NCBI GenBank assembly: GCA_963734495.1
Contig: CAVTHK010000013.1
Coordinates: 128,001 to 192,000, forward strand
DNA from: an uncultured Spirochaetota bacterium
Lineage (GTDB): Bacteria > Spirochaetota > Spirochaetia > SZUA-6 > CAVTHK01
Direction of reading: 5' to 3'
DNA length: 64,000 bases
Under the pieces are notes generated by a model that saw only the letters and a list, made by a program, of their open reading frames with translations, made no database searches and was not told the DNA's origin. The translations under genes and the position numbers were made by a program. Shown piece after piece: positions 1-10,123 of the stretch (position 1 is its first letter; the number at the start of each line of letters is the position of its first letter).

Positions 1-1
1 C

Positions 2-628
2 CAATGGGCGGACTACTGGGACCCGGGCTGGCTCGCTATGAACGTCGACGACGCCTACCGGCAGTTCGTCACGGGCAAGGACGCGATGTTCTGGCACTCC
101 TCGTCCAAGGTCAAGCCGATCAAGAGCGACAGCCTGAGGAAGTTCGACTACGGCACGTTCGGCTTTCCCACGATCACAAAGGAGAGCTCGCCGTACGCCG
201 CGGGCCTCGGAGCGCCAGCGATCGGGGGGTTCACGGGAGGCGGGCACTTCTTTGTCTCCGCCGACACGAGGACCAGGGGCACGACCGACGCGACGGTGGA
301 CTTTCTCATGTTCCTCACGGCGCCGCAGAACATCTCTCCCCTCAACGACGACCTCGGCGCCTACGCTCCCGGCGTGAGGGACATGGGGGCCATGGACCCC
401 GACATCCAGCCGTTCCTCCAGACGCTGCAGCGCGGAGTGTTCCGCATCGAGAGCTTCTATCGCGGCCTGACGCGCCAGTACTCGGACCAGTTCGTGAAGA
501 CCCTCGAGCAGTACCTCACGGACCGGATCAGCCTGGAGAAGGCGGGCGACGACATCGAGAAGCTCCTGCTGGATACGGCGAAGGCCATGATCCAGGAGAA
601 CGGGTGGACGGACATCCGCCGGCCGTGA
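2..628 (+). CDS. carbohydrate ABC transporter substrate-binding protein, C-terminal part (5' end outside window)
   Basis: Frame open from the window edge; C-terminus resembles extracellular solute-binding proteins (AYRQFVTGKDAM, TVDFLMFLTAP); directly followed by two ABC permeases. Confidence 0.75.
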   Translation, partial: QWADYWDPGWLAMNVDDAYRQFVTGKDAMFWHSSSKVKPIKSDSLRKFDYGTFGFPTITKESSPYAAGLGAPAIGGFTGGGHFFVSADTRTRGTTDATVDFLMFLTAPQNISPLNDDLGAYAPGVRDMGAMDPDIQPFLQTLQRGVFRIESFYRGLTRQYSDQFVKTLEQYLTDRISLEKAGDDIEKLLLDTAKAMIQENGWTDIRRP

Positions 629-662
629 GCCGGGCCGCGATCCGGGCGGCGATGGGGACGCG

Positions 663-1571
663 ATGACCCCGCGCGAGGTCCGTCCGGGCTCGCGCGGGTT
701 CTCGCTGTTCTTCCTCTTCACGGCTCCGGCCTTCGTAATGCTCGCCCTGTTCTTTGCCTGGCCCGTCGCGTCGGCGCTTTACCATTCGTTCTACGACTGG
801 GACGGGTTCCGGGCGGGCCGCTTTGCCGGCCTCGACAACTACCGGCAGCTCGCCGCCGACGCGCACGCGCGCGCGTCGGCGGTCAACATCGCGCAGTTCA
901 TCGCCGCGCGAGTCGCCCTGAACCTCGCGTTCCCGATGATCGCGGCGCTGCTGCTCTTCCACATGCGGTCGCGAGGCGCAGCCGGCGCGTACCGGGCGCT
1001 GTTCACGATCCCGATGGTCGTGCCGCTGATGGTCGTGCTGCTGGTGTGGAAGTTCATCTACCACCCGCACGACGGGCTCCTCAACCGCCTCCTCGAAGCC
1101 GCAGGGCTGGCGGGCTGGCGGCACGTGTGGCTGGGGGAGTTCGGCACCGCGCTCTACGCCGTGATCGCGATCGGGTTCCCCTGGGTCACCGGGCTGGGGC
1201 TCGCGGGGTTCGCGCTGCTGATCTACCTGGCCGGGCTCCAGGCGATCCCGGCCGAGATCTTCGACGCCCTCGCCGTCGACGGCGTGGGCCTTGCGCCGCG
1301 CCTCTCCAGGATCGAGCTGCCGCTCATCGCGGGCCCGATCCGACTCATCGTCATGCTCACGATCATCAACACGCTCAAGAGCTACGTCCCGGTGATGATC
1401 CTCACCAACGGCGGCCCGTCCGACGCGTCCCTGGTGCCGGGCCTCTACCTCTACCAGAGCGCGTTCTACTACGACCGGTTCGGCTATGCGAGCGCGATCG
1501 GGGTGGTGATGACCGTGTTCCTCGTGGCGATCACGTGGCTCAACAACCGCGCGATCGGGGCCGCCGGATGA
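663..1571 (+). CDS. carbohydrate ABC transporter permease (MalF/UgpA-like)
   Basis: Multiple TM segments; LIYLAGLQAIPAEIFDALAVDG EAA-type loop; FGYASAIG. Confidence 0.9.
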   Translation: MTPREVRPGSRGFSLFFLFTAPAFVMLALFFAWPVASALYHSFYDWDGFRAGRFAGLDNYRQLAADAHARASAVNIAQFIAARVALNLAFPMIAALLLFHMRSRGAAGAYRALFTIPMVVPLMVVLLVWKFIYHPHDGLLNRLLEAAGLAGWRHVWLGEFGTALYAVIAIGFPWVTGLGLAGFALLIYLAGLQAIPAEIFDALAVDGVGLAPRLSRIELPLIAGPIRLIVMLTIINTLKSYVPVMILTNGGPSDASLVPGLYLYQSAFYYDRFGYASAIGVVMTVFLVAITWLNNRAIGAAG

Positions 1572-2395
1572 GGCGCCGCGCCGCTTCGGCCGCGCTCGCG
1601 CACGCGGTGCTCGCCGCGCTCGCCCTGGCGAGCCTCACCCCGTTCGCCTTTATGCTCGTCACCTCGGTCAAGGCGAACGACCAGTTCTACCACAGCTATT
1701 TCGTTCCCACGCTGCCGCTGCAGTGGGGCAACTTTGCCGAGGCCTGGTCGGCGATCGGACGATACGTGGCCAACAGCGTGCTGGTCACCGCGGCCTCGGT
1801 GCTCGCCGTCGTCGTGATCGCCTCGCTCGCCGGCTACGCGTTCGCGCGCTGGCGGTTCCCCGGCAGCGGCGCGCTGTTCGTCGCGATCCTGACGGTGCTC
1901 ATGATTCCCGACATTCTCACGATGCTGCCGGTGTTCGTCACCCTGCGGAACCTCGATCTGCTCGACCGGCAGATCGCCCTCGTGCTGGTCTACGTGAGCG
2001 GCTCCCAGGCGCTGGGCATCTTTGTCTTCCGCAGCTTTTTCGCGACCATCCCCGACGACCTGGTCGACGCGGTCCAGATAGACGGGGCGGGCGAGCTTCA
2101 GGGGCTTTACCACATGGTGCTGCCCCTCTCGCGCCCGATCCTCTTTACCGTGGCCGTGATGACGGCGCTCACCTGCTGGAACGACTACATCTGGCCGCTG
2201 ATCACGCTGTCGACTCAGCGCCGCTGGACGGTCACGCTCGGGCTGGTGACGTTCCAGGAGCGTTACGCCGGCATGGCCGCCTGGGGCCCGCTGTTCGCCG
2301 GCTACGTGATCGCGTCGGTTCCCCTGATCGCTCTCCTCGGCTCCGGGATGAAGCACTTTGTCGCGGGCCTCACCTCGGGCGCCGTCAAGGGGTAG
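1568..2395 (+). CDS. carbohydrate ABC transporter permease (MalG/UgpE-like)
   Basis: ATG overlaps the upstream TGA; IPDDLVDAVQIDGAG loop, WNDYIWPL, FVAGLTSGAVKG end. Confidence 0.9.
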   Translation: MRRRAASAALAHAVLAALALASLTPFAFMLVTSVKANDQFYHSYFVPTLPLQWGNFAEAWSAIGRYVANSVLVTAASVLAVVVIASLAGYAFARWRFPGSGALFVAILTVLMIPDILTMLPVFVTLRNLDLLDRQIALVLVYVSGSQALGIFVFRSFFATIPDDLVDAVQIDGAGELQGLYHMVLPLSRPILFTVAVMTALTCWNDYIWPLITLSTQRRWTVTLGLVTFQERYAGMAAWGPLFAGYVIASVPLIALLGSGMKHFVAGLTSGAVKG

Positions 2396-2544
2396 CGGCC
2401 GCACGCTCCCGTCCCACGCCGCCCGCGCCGCCGCGGGCACGGCCGGCGGGCATCCGCCTTCACCTGAAAATCCTATTCAGCGAGTCATACTTATCTTGTG
2501 GGCGCCGTCACGATCGAGCGGATCAGGCAGTGAGGAGGCCCGGG

Positions 2545-3039
2545 ATGGGAACGAGAGCAGGTGTCGTCGCCGCGGCGCTGGCGCTCGCGCTGGGCGGCTG
2601 CTATTGGACTTCGCCCCGCGCGGACGGGGCGCTGGCGGTCATGACGAGCATCCCCCTCTCGGTGATCTCCAACCCCAGCGGGTACACGATGAGGGCCTAC
2701 CTTTACCGTGCGGACGGTGTCTCGGCCAGCTACAAGGACGCGACAGGGAAGGCGACGACGACCCCGGGGCCCGGCAGCACGATTCACGTCACCGCCTCCG
2801 GGAAGCCGATCACGCTCGACGGCCACTCCTACTGGGAAGTGCAGCTGGCAGTCGGCGCGGCCTCGGGAGACTTCGCGATCGACGGCATTCCCGCGGGCGT
2901 CCGCTGCCGCCTCGCCCTGCAGCTGTGGAACTGGACGCAGTCCGGTCGGGTGGACTACGAGGGCCTCTCGAACGAGTTCGTGGCCTCCCCCGGCGTGCCC
3001 TCGATCGTGGCCGTCGACCTCTACGTGCCGGGTCTTTGA
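2545..3039 (+). CDS. hypothetical lipoprotein
   Basis: GAGGAGG RBS at 2532; signal peptide with lipobox-like LGGC; beta-rich mature region. Confidence 0.6.
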   Translation: MGTRAGVVAAALALALGGCYWTSPRADGALAVMTSIPLSVISNPSGYTMRAYLYRADGVSASYKDATGKATTTPGPGSTIHVTASGKPITLDGHSYWEVQLAVGAASGDFAIDGIPAGVRCRLALQLWNWTQSGRVDYEGLSNEFVASPGVPSIVAVDLYVPGL

Positions 3040-3117
3040 TCGACGCCGCGCCGCTCACGCCGCCCGCGCCGAGCGTCGACGCCGCCGCCGGCTGGCGGCT
3101 GCCGCGGCGGGCGGCGA

Positions 3118-3147
3118 TTGATGTTGCCGGCGCCCATTTGCTATACT
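3118..3147 (+). promoter_or_regulatory. sigma70-type promoter of pdxST
   Basis: TTGATG-N18-TATACT with extended -10 TG. Confidence 0.55.
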
Positions 3148-3168
3148 AGGTCATTATCGGAGGCATCG

Positions 3169-4075
3169 ATGAGCGATCTCCTATGGTCAGCGCGACAGAC
3201 GTCGACCTGGCGCAACAAAGTCGGATTAGCCGAGATGCTCAAGGGCGGCGTGATCATGGACGTGACCAATGCCGACCAGGCGCGCATCGCCGAGGAGGCG
3301 GGAGCGGCCGCGGTCATGGCGCTCGAGCGGGTTCCCGCCGACATCCGCGTGCAGGGCGGAGTCGCCCGCATGGCGGATCCCGACAAGATCAAGGAAATCC
3401 AGGACACGGTCACGATCCCGGTGATGGCCAAGTGCCGCATCGGCCATTTCGCCGAGGCGCAGATCCTCGAGGCCCTCAAGGTGGACTACATCGACGAAAG
3501 CGAGGTTCTCACGCCGGCCGACGAGGAGTACCACGTCAACAAGCACCTGTTCAAAGTTCCCTTCGTCTGCGGCTGCCGCGACCTCGGCGAAGCGCTCCGC
3601 CGCATCGGCGAAGGGGCGGCCATGATCCGGACCAAGGGCGAAGCCGGCTCGGGCAACGTCGTCGAAGCCGTTCGTCACATGCGGACGGTCATGACCGCGA
3701 TCCGCAGGCTCAAGGCCCTCTCGGAGGAGCAGCTCATGACCGAGGCCAAGAACCTCGGGGCGCCCTACGAGATCGTCGTCGAGGTCGCGCGGACCGGGAA
3801 GCTGCCGGTGCCCAACTTCTCCGCCGGCGGGATCGCGACGCCCGCGGACGCCTCGCTGATGATGCAGCTCGGCGCGGAGTCGGTGTTCGTCGGCTCCGGC
3901 ATCTTCAAGAGCGAGGACCCGATGCGCCGCGCCAAGGTCGATCGTCGAAGCGACCACCAACTACGACAAGCCCGAGGTCCTCGCCGAGATCTCGCGCGGC
4001 CTCGGCGAGCCGATGCCCGGAATCGACGTGCGCCAGCTGGATGAGAAGCAGATGCTCGCTCTCCGAGGCTGGTAA
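3169..4075 (+). CDS. pdxS: pyridoxal 5'-phosphate synthase lyase subunit (one frameshift near 3937)
   Basis: [39 protein letters not shown] motifs; ...LRGW* terminus in the shifted frame. Confidence 0.95.
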
Positions 4076-4092
4076 CCAACGCGAAACCGTCG

Positions 4093-4662
4093 GTGACCAT
4101 CGGCGTCCTCGCCCTTCAGGGTGACTTTGCGCTCCATCTGGAACATCTGCGCCGCTGCGGCGCGTCCGCGCGTATCGTGCGCACGGCCGACGAGGTGTCC
4201 GGCTGCGACGGCCTCTTGATCCCGGGAGGCGAGAGCACCACGATCGGCAAGCTCATGGACCGCATGGGGCTCCTGCCGCTGCTCGTGCGGCGCATCGGCG
4301 ACGGCATGCCGGTCTACGGCACGTGCGCCGGCGCCATTCTGCTGGCGCGGGCGATCGTCGAAAGCAGCCAGCTGCGGATCGGCGTCATGGACATCACCGT
4401 GGCGCGCAACGCCTACGGCAGGCAGGTGGACAGCTTCGAGGCGGACCTCATGGCCCCTTCGCTCGGGTCGGAACCGCTGCGCGGGGTTTTCATCCGGGCG
4501 CCCATCATCGAGGCCGTCGGACCCGGCGTCGAAGTCCTGGCGCGCTTCGAGGATCGGCCGGTGCTGGTCCGCGAGCGCAACATGCTGGCCGGGACCTTCC
4601 ACCCGGAGCTCACTGACGACCTGCGCATTCACCGCTATTTCACCGCGATGGTCGCGGCCTGA
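4093..4662 (+). CDS. pdxT: pyridoxal 5'-phosphate synthase glutaminase subunit
   Basis: GVLALQG, PGGESTT, GTCAG, FIRAP, FHPE motifs. Confidence 0.96.
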   Translation: MTIGVLALQGDFALHLEHLRRCGASARIVRTADEVSGCDGLLIPGGESTTIGKLMDRMGLLPLLVRRIGDGMPVYGTCAGAILLARAIVESSQLRIGVMDITVARNAYGRQVDSFEADLMAPSLGSEPLRGVFIRAPIIEAVGPGVEVLARFEDRPVLVRERNMLAGTFHPELTDDLRIHRYFTAMVAA

Positions 4663-4733
4663 AGGCGACTCGAGACCTCACCCCGGCGCGGGCGCTTCCG
4701 CGGCGGGACGCCGGCGAGAATCTTCAATTTGTT

Positions 4734-4762
4734 CTGACATTCCGGTGGTCTGCTGCTATACT
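4734..4762 (+). promoter_or_regulatory. sigma70-type promoter of pcrA
   Basis: CTGACA-N17-TATACT with extended -10 TG. Confidence 0.55.
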
Positions 4763-4771
4763 GGCCGCGCC

Positions 4772-6877
4772 TTGAGAGAGCTCGAGCGGCTGAACGCGGA
4801 GCAGCGGCGCGCGGTCCTGCACGCAGGCCGGCCCCTGCTGATACTCGCCGGCGCCGGGTCAGGCAAGACGCGCGTCATCACCACCAAGATCGCCTATCTC
4901 GTGAACGCCTGCGGCCAGGATCCGCGATCCATCCTCGCGGTGACCTTTACCAACAAGGCGGCGGCCGAGATGCGCGAGCGCGTGCTCGGCCTCGCCCCCG
5001 ACGCCGAGGCCGTGATGATCCGCACGTTCCACTCCTTCGGCGCCTGGCTCCTGCGCCGCAGCAGCCACCTCGTCGGACTGCCCGACCGGTTCTCCATCTA
5101 CGACGACGAGGACCAGCTCTCGCTCCTCAGGTCCGTGGCCGGCGATGCGGACAAGCGCCCCGACCTCAAGTCGACCCTCTCGGCGATCTCGAGGGCCAAG
5201 GACAAGTGCCTCGGGCCGGACGACGTCCTCGGCGGGGTCTCGTCCGACCCGCGATTCCCCGACCTCTACGCCCGGTACCAGCGGAGGCTCGACGAGACCG
5301 GATGCGTCGACTTCGGCGACCTGATCATGCGGCCGGTCAGGCTGCTGCGCTCCGAGCCCGAGGTGGCCGAAAGGATACGCGACCGTTTCCGCGTCATCCT
5401 CGTCGACGAGTACCAGGATTCCAATCGCGCGCAGTTCCTGCTGCTCAAGGAGCTGTACCGCGAAGGCAACTACCTCTGCGTGGTCGGCGACGAGGACCAG
5501 TCGATCTACGGCTTCCGGGGCGCGGAGGTGGAGAACATCCTCGACTTTCCGCAGGCGTTCCCGGGCACCGAGATCATCCGCCTGGAGCAGAACTACCGCT
5601 CCACGGGCGCCATCGTGGAAGCGGCGACGCGGGTCGTCGAGAACAACCGCAGGAGACTGGGGAAGAGCCTGTGGACCGAGAACTCCGGCGGGGCGCCCCT
5701 CACCCTCGCGCTGCTGGCGGACGAGGACGAGGAGGCGCGCTACTGCGCGAGGCTGCTCTCGGACGGGGAGCTTTCGTCGAGCGCCATTCTCTACAGAAAC
5801 AACTACCAGTCGCGGGCCTTGGAGACGACGTTCGGCAACCTGGGCATCCCCTACCGGATCGTGGGCAGCGTGCGCTTCTGGGAGCGCGCGGAGGTCAAAG
5901 ACGCGCTCGCTTACCTCGATCTGCTGCTGAACCCGCGCGATGAGGTCGCTTTCGCGCGCGTCATCAATCGCCCGCCCCGCGGCATAGGCGAGGTGAGCGT
6001 CGCAAAGATCCTCGCCGCGCCCGGCGGCGACCTGATCGAACGCTGCCGCGGATCACGTCTGCGCGGGGCGGCGCAGAAAGGAGTCGACGCGTTCGTCGCG
6101 GTCTACGAAGCGCTTCGGGACCGCATGGCGACTCTGCCCCTCGCCGAGCTGGCCGCGGCCGCCGTGAAGGACTCGGGTCTGCTCGCGTTCTACACGGAAA
6201 AAGACGGCGCGGACTTCCGCGGCCGCGCGTCGAACCTCGAGGAGCTCGTGAACGCCTGCCTGCCTTACCCGGCGGGAGAGGAAGGCCTGGTCCAGTTCCT
6301 CGAGCGCGTGAGCCTCGACACCGCCGCCGACCAGGCCGAGGGCGGCACGGAAGCCGTCACCCTCATCACCGCCCACAACACGAAAGGGCTCGAGTTCGAG
6401 CGCGTCTTTATCACGGGCCTCGAAGAAGGGCTCTTCCCCTACCGCCGCGACGACGACGATGCCGACGACATGGAAGAGGAGAGGCGGCTCTTCTACGTGG
6501 CGCTCACGCGGGCGCGCGCCCAGGTGCACATGACGACGTGCGTCCGCCGCCGCGTCTTCGGGGCGTGGAAGGAGCGGCCGCCTTCGCGTTTTCTCGGCGA
6601 GATCCCCAGGCAGCTCGTCACCGTCGTGCCGGCGCCCGCCGCCGCGGCCGCGGCCGTCCGCTCCGTCCGCGGCCATCGCCCGGCCGCCGACGACGACTAC
6701 CCGCAGTTCCCGCCGGGCTGCGCCGTCTACCACGATGAATACGGGCCGGGCACGATCGTGCGAAAATGGCGGTCGGGAGAAGATACGCTCGTCCAGGTGC
6801 AGTTCTCGTCCGGGAGGTCGACCCGGTTCATCCTGCAGTACACGAAGCTGGAGCGCATCAGTGAAGACCAGGTCTGA
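4772..6877 (+). CDS. pcrA: ATP-dependent DNA helicase UvrD/PcrA
   Basis: AGAGSGKT, TFTNKAA, DEYQD, GDEDQSIY, QNYRS, KGLEF, EERRLFYVALTRA; C-terminal Tudor-like domain. Confidence 0.95.
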   Translation: MRELERLNAEQRRAVLHAGRPLLILAGAGSGKTRVITTKIAYLVNACGQDPRSILAVTFTNKAAAEMRERVLGLAPDAEAVMIRTFHSFGAWLLRRSSHLVGLPDRFSIYDDEDQLSLLRSVAGDADKRPDLKSTLSAISRAKDKCLGPDDVLGGVSSDPRFPDLYARYQRRLDETGCVDFGDLIMRPVRLLRSEPEVAERIRDRFRVILVDEYQDSNRAQFLLLKELYREGNYLCVVGDEDQSIYGFRGAEVENILDFPQAFPGTEIIRLEQNYRSTGAIVEAATRVVENNRRRLGKSLWTENSGGAPLTLALLADEDEEARYCARLLSDGELSSSAILYRNNYQSRALETTFGNLGIPYRIVGSVRFWERAEVKDALAYLDLLLNPRDEVAFARVINRPPRGIGEVSVAKILAAPGGDLIERCRGSRLRGAAQKGVDAFVAVYEALRDRMATLPLAELAAAAVKDSGLLAFYTEKDGADFRGRASNLEELVNACLPYPAGEEGLVQFLERVSLDTAADQAEGGTEAVTLITAHNTKGLEFERVFITGLEEGLFPYRRDDDDADDMEEERRLFYVALTRARAQVHMTTCVRRRVFGAWKERPPSRFLGEIPRQLVTVVPAPAAAAAAVRSVRGHRPAADDDYPQFPPGCAVYHDEYGPGTIVRKWRSGEDTLVQVQFSSGRSTRFILQYTKLERISEDQV

Positions 6878-7682
6878 AGGCGACGCCCTCCGCGACCTCG
6901 TGCCGCCGATCAGCCGCGCCCGCGGCTTCCGGCTCTACGACCGGCGCGGCCGCAGGTACCTGGACCTCTTCGTCAACCACGGGAGCGCCGTCCTCGGTCA
7001 TCGTCCTTACGGCGTCGACAACGAGGTCAAGGCCGTCGTCTCAAAGGGCGGCCTCTTCGCCATGCCGTCGGCTTACCCTGCCCGCCTCGCCAGGGCCCTC
7101 GGCAGGGCCTACCCCGGCTTCGCCGGCGTTCTCGTCGCGGCGAGCGACGCTGAGGCGGTGGGGTTCGCCGCCCGATACTTGAAATGTGAGCCGTCGCAGG
7201 TCGAAATCCGCGATCCCGCGCTCGGAGAGCGGGGCCGCGTTGTGCTCGACAGGCCCTTCCTGCCCGAGGCGATGCGCGAGGACGCCATGAAGGGAGCGGA
7301 GGTCGTGCTTCCGGTCCTGCCCTTCCGGCTGGGCGAGGCGCCCTGCCCCGTCCTGTTCCGCGCGAGCGCCCCGGAGGCGAAGCCGGCATGGATCGCCCCC
7401 GCCGTCGCCGCGGCGGCCTTGAGGGCCTTTCACGACCTGGACCGGCGGGTGCAGCCGGAGTGGTACCGCGACGATCTTCTCGAGGGTTGCGAGGGGTGGG
7501 TGCAGCGGGGTATCTACGTGACGCCCCGTTTCTCCGCCGATCGCTACGCGGGGGTCTTCAGGCGATTCCTGGACGCGGGAGTCCTGCTGCCTCCGGAGTA
7601 TCCCGGCCCGGCCGTGCTTCCCGGCGAGGCATCGGCCGGCGAGCTGGCGCTCCTGATGCGGCTCTTCGGAGAGAAAACGTGA
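6861..7682 (+). CDS. degenerate class-III aminotransferase-like protein
   Basis: N-terminal RARGFRLYDRRGRRYLDL...LGH motif; only about 273 aa, central PLP-binding motifs not recognisable. Confidence 0.55.
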   Translation: MKTRSEGDALRDLVPPISRARGFRLYDRRGRRYLDLFVNHGSAVLGHRPYGVDNEVKAVVSKGGLFAMPSAYPARLARALGRAYPGFAGVLVAASDAEAVGFAARYLKCEPSQVEIRDPALGERGRVVLDRPFLPEAMREDAMKGAEVVLPVLPFRLGEAPCPVLFRASAPEAKPAWIAPAVAAAALRAFHDLDRRVQPEWYRDDLLEGCEGWVQRGIYVTPRFSADRYAGVFRRFLDAGVLLPPEYPGPAVLPGEASAGELALLMRLFGEKT

Positions 7683-7987
7683 TGCAGTTGCCAGAGCTCT
7701 CGATCCTGATCCGTGTCTGCGTGGGCGCAATAGGCACTTTCTGCGCAATCCTCCTGTGGGCGAAGACGCGCGACGTCGCGTGGATCCTCGTCGTGACAGG
7801 GGTGCTGCTCTCCTACGCCGGCATCATCTTCGACACGCTCGCCAGGCTCGGCCTCTTCGGCTGGGAGGAGCTGCCCGTCTTCGGAGTCCCCGCGGGACAG
7901 CTGGCGCGGCTCGTGCTCGACAACGTCCCGACGCTGCTGTACTCCGCGGCGTTCGTCGTGGCCGTGGCCCGGCGGCGAGTGCGCTGA
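7682..7987 (+). CDS. small hypothetical membrane protein (about 3 TM)
   Basis: Start coupled to the upstream stop; hydrophobic MQLPELSILIRV... sequence. Confidence 0.65.
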   Translation: MQLPELSILIRVCVGAIGTFCAILLWAKTRDVAWILVVTGVLLSYAGIIFDTLARLGLFGWEELPVFGVPAGQLARLVLDNVPTLLYSAAFVVAVARRRVR

Positions 7988-8053
7988 CCGCGACCGGCCC
8001 CGGGCCCCGGGCCGGCAGACTGCGGCGAATGGCGCGTCACGTGGGCGGCGCCC

Positions 8054-8178
8054 GCGCCATCCGTGGCGCTTGCCCGCGGGCCTCGACATCCATGTCGCCC
8101 GCGGGCCCGCGCCATCCTGTCACTTGGGTGGCGCCTACGCCATCCATGGCTGCGCCACCCCCGTGACATCCATGTCAC
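8054..8178. repeat. cluster of five short CA-TCC(N)-TG hairpin motifs (REP-like)
   Basis: gcgcca-tccg-tggcgc, cgaca-tcca-tgtcg, gccatcctgtcac, gcca-tcca-tggc, gtgaca-tcca-tgtcac. Confidence 0.75.
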
Positions 8179-8216
8179 TTGACACAAGACGCAGAATCAT
8201 TATCTTTGCGTCTTGT
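8179..8216 (+). promoter_or_regulatory. sigma70 promoter with overlapping 10-bp inverted repeat (putative operator)
   Basis: TTGACA(8179)-N16-TATCTT(8201); ACAAGACGCA-N13-TGCGTCTTGT at 8184-8216. Confidence 0.6.
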
Positions 8217-8244
8217 ATCCAGCAATGGCACAAGGAGAAAGGAA

Positions 8245-8493
8245 ATGGTGGCACTTCTGGTCGGAGTCCTGCTCGTCCTTTTTGGCGTCTATGCCGTGCT
8301 GCCGGTTGACTCTCCGGGCTTTCTCAATTGGTCCCGCGAAGTTGTTCAATTTCTCAAAGGCGCCGCCCCGATCATGGCTTTCCTGATTGGTTTGGTCTCC
8401 TTCTTTATTGGAATCGCCGACATCAAGGACAAGATCGAGGCCAAGAAAGAAGAAAAAGAGGACAAGGAGAAGGCAGAGCAGAAGGCTACCTGA
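8245..8493 (+). CDS. small two-TM membrane protein with charged tail
   Basis: AAGGAG/AGGAA RBS; two hydrophobic helices then an E/K-rich tail. Confidence 0.75.
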   Translation: MVALLVGVLLVLFGVYAVLPVDSPGFLNWSREVVQFLKGAAPIMAFLIGLVSFFIGIADIKDKIEAKKEEKEDKEKAEQKAT

Positions 8494-8571
8494 CACGCGC
8501 CGACGCGGCCGGCTTGACAAGCCTCCCGCGTTATGGCTGAATGGCGCGGCTTCTGAACCCGGTTGAACCAA

Positions 8572-9000
8572 ATGAAGACTATTTTCCCCAACCCCAAGGA
8601 CATCGAGCACAAGTGGTATCTCATCGACGCCGAAGGGAAGCGCCTCGGCCGGCTTGCCGTCCGTGTCGCGGACATCCTGCGCGGCAAGACAAAGCCCACT
8701 TACAGCCCGCACATGGATACGGGTGACTCGGTGATCGTCGTCAACGCAGGCAAGGTGGTGGTGACGGGCCGCAAGAAGACGGACAAGCTGTACCACCGGT
8801 ATTCCGGCTACCCCGGCGGGCTCACGACCGAGACCTTCGGCAAGGTCATCAACCGCAAGCCGACGTTCCCGCTCGAGCACGCGATCAAGGGGATGCTGCC
8901 CAAGGGACCGCTCGGCCGGAGGCTCTTTGGCAACGTGAAGGTTTACGCAGGGCCGAGCCACCCTCACGAGGCCCAGAAGCCCGAAAAGCTGGAGTTCTAG
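8572..9000 (+). CDS. rplM: 50S ribosomal protein L13
   Basis: [35 protein letters not shown] motifs. Confidence 0.98.
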   Translation: MKTIFPNPKDIEHKWYLIDAEGKRLGRLAVRVADILRGKTKPTYSPHMDTGDSVIVVNAGKVVVTGRKKTDKLYHRYSGYPGGLTTETFGKVINRKPTFPLEHAIKGMLPKGPLGRRLFGNVKVYAGPSHPHEAQKPEKLEF

Positions 9001-9064
9001 GGGCGGCGGCGTAGAGCGCCGCGAGAACGCACGGACCGCCGTGCAGGAGTCAAGGAGTTCAGTT

Positions 9065-9457
9065 TTGGCGAAGACGATTCTGGCGCAGGGGACCGGACGC
9101 AGGAAGACGGCGGTGGCGCGGGTCTTTCTGCGCGAGGGCACGGGCCGGGTCAAGGTCAACGGACGCAAGCTCACCGACTACTTCGTCGGCGGCCTGGATT
9201 CGATCGTACAGGCGCCGCTCGCGGTCACCGACAACCTCACCCGGTACGACATCCACGTCAACGTGTCCGGCGGAGGCATCAGGGGGCAGGCGGAGGCTTG
9301 CCGGCACGGGGTCTCGAGGGCGCTGCTCAAGGCGGACGTCGCCAACCGGGCGGCCCTGCGGGCCAACGGCTACCTGACGCGGGACGCGCGCATGGTTGAG
9401 CGCAAGAAGTACGGCCAGGCCGGTGCAAGGCGCAGGTTCCAGTTCTCCAAGCGGTAA
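9065..9457 (+). CDS. rpsI: 30S ribosomal protein S9
   Basis: [26 protein letters not shown]...QFSKR; TTG start after AAGGAG. Confidence 0.98.
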   Translation: MAKTILAQGTGRRKTAVARVFLREGTGRVKVNGRKLTDYFVGGLDSIVQAPLAVTDNLTRYDIHVNVSGGGIRGQAEACRHGVSRALLKADVANRAALRANGYLTRDARMVERKKYGQAGARRRFQFSKR

Positions 9458-10116
9458 TCCCGTCGTAGAGACAGTCAAAGACAGCGGAGCCGGACGAGGG
9501 AGGGTCTGCGTGATCCTCTCCGACGGCTCCTCTTTTTTTATTCTCAAGGAAGTTCAGCTCACCGAGGCCGTCTACCCCGGACTGGAGGTGAGCGAGCAGG
9601 TCCGCTCGCGTCTCGAGCGCCTGTCCGAGACGCGCGCCGCGGTGAGGAGCGCGCTCGCCCTGCTCGCCCGCGCGCCTCACTCGCGGGCGGGCCTCCGGCT
9701 CAAGCTGCTGCGGCGCGGGCACGGCGAGGAGGCGATCCTTGCCGCGCTCCAGCGTGCGGAAGAGATGGGCTACCTCGACGACGGCCGGTTCGCCGAGGAG
9801 TGGGTGCTGCTTCGCCTCGACCGGCACCCGCAGGGCCGCCCGGCGCTCGTCGCGGACCTGCGGGAGCGGGGCGTGCCGCGAGAGACCGCCGAGGGCGTCG
9901 TCGCGCGCATCGTCACCGACGCCGTCGAGGAGGAAGCGTTCCTCCGGGCGCTCCGCCGGGCTTCCAAAGCAGGCTCCACCGACCGCGGCGGTCGCGCCGG
10001 GCGTGGACGGGACGCCGACGGGAGGGCGAAGGCTCGCCGCGAGGCTGAGCGCCCTCGGCTTTCCAGGCAGCCTGATCCGCAAGCACCTCTCAGGCGCGGA
10101 GCCCATCGAGCCCTGA
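9458..10116 (+). CDS. recX: regulatory protein RecX (start uncertain, frameshift near 9960)
   Basis: ALALLARAPHSRAGLRLKL, GYLDDGRFAEEW, LRERGV; ...LAARLSALGF in the shifted frame. Confidence 0.8.
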
Positions 10117-10123
10117 CCGCCTG

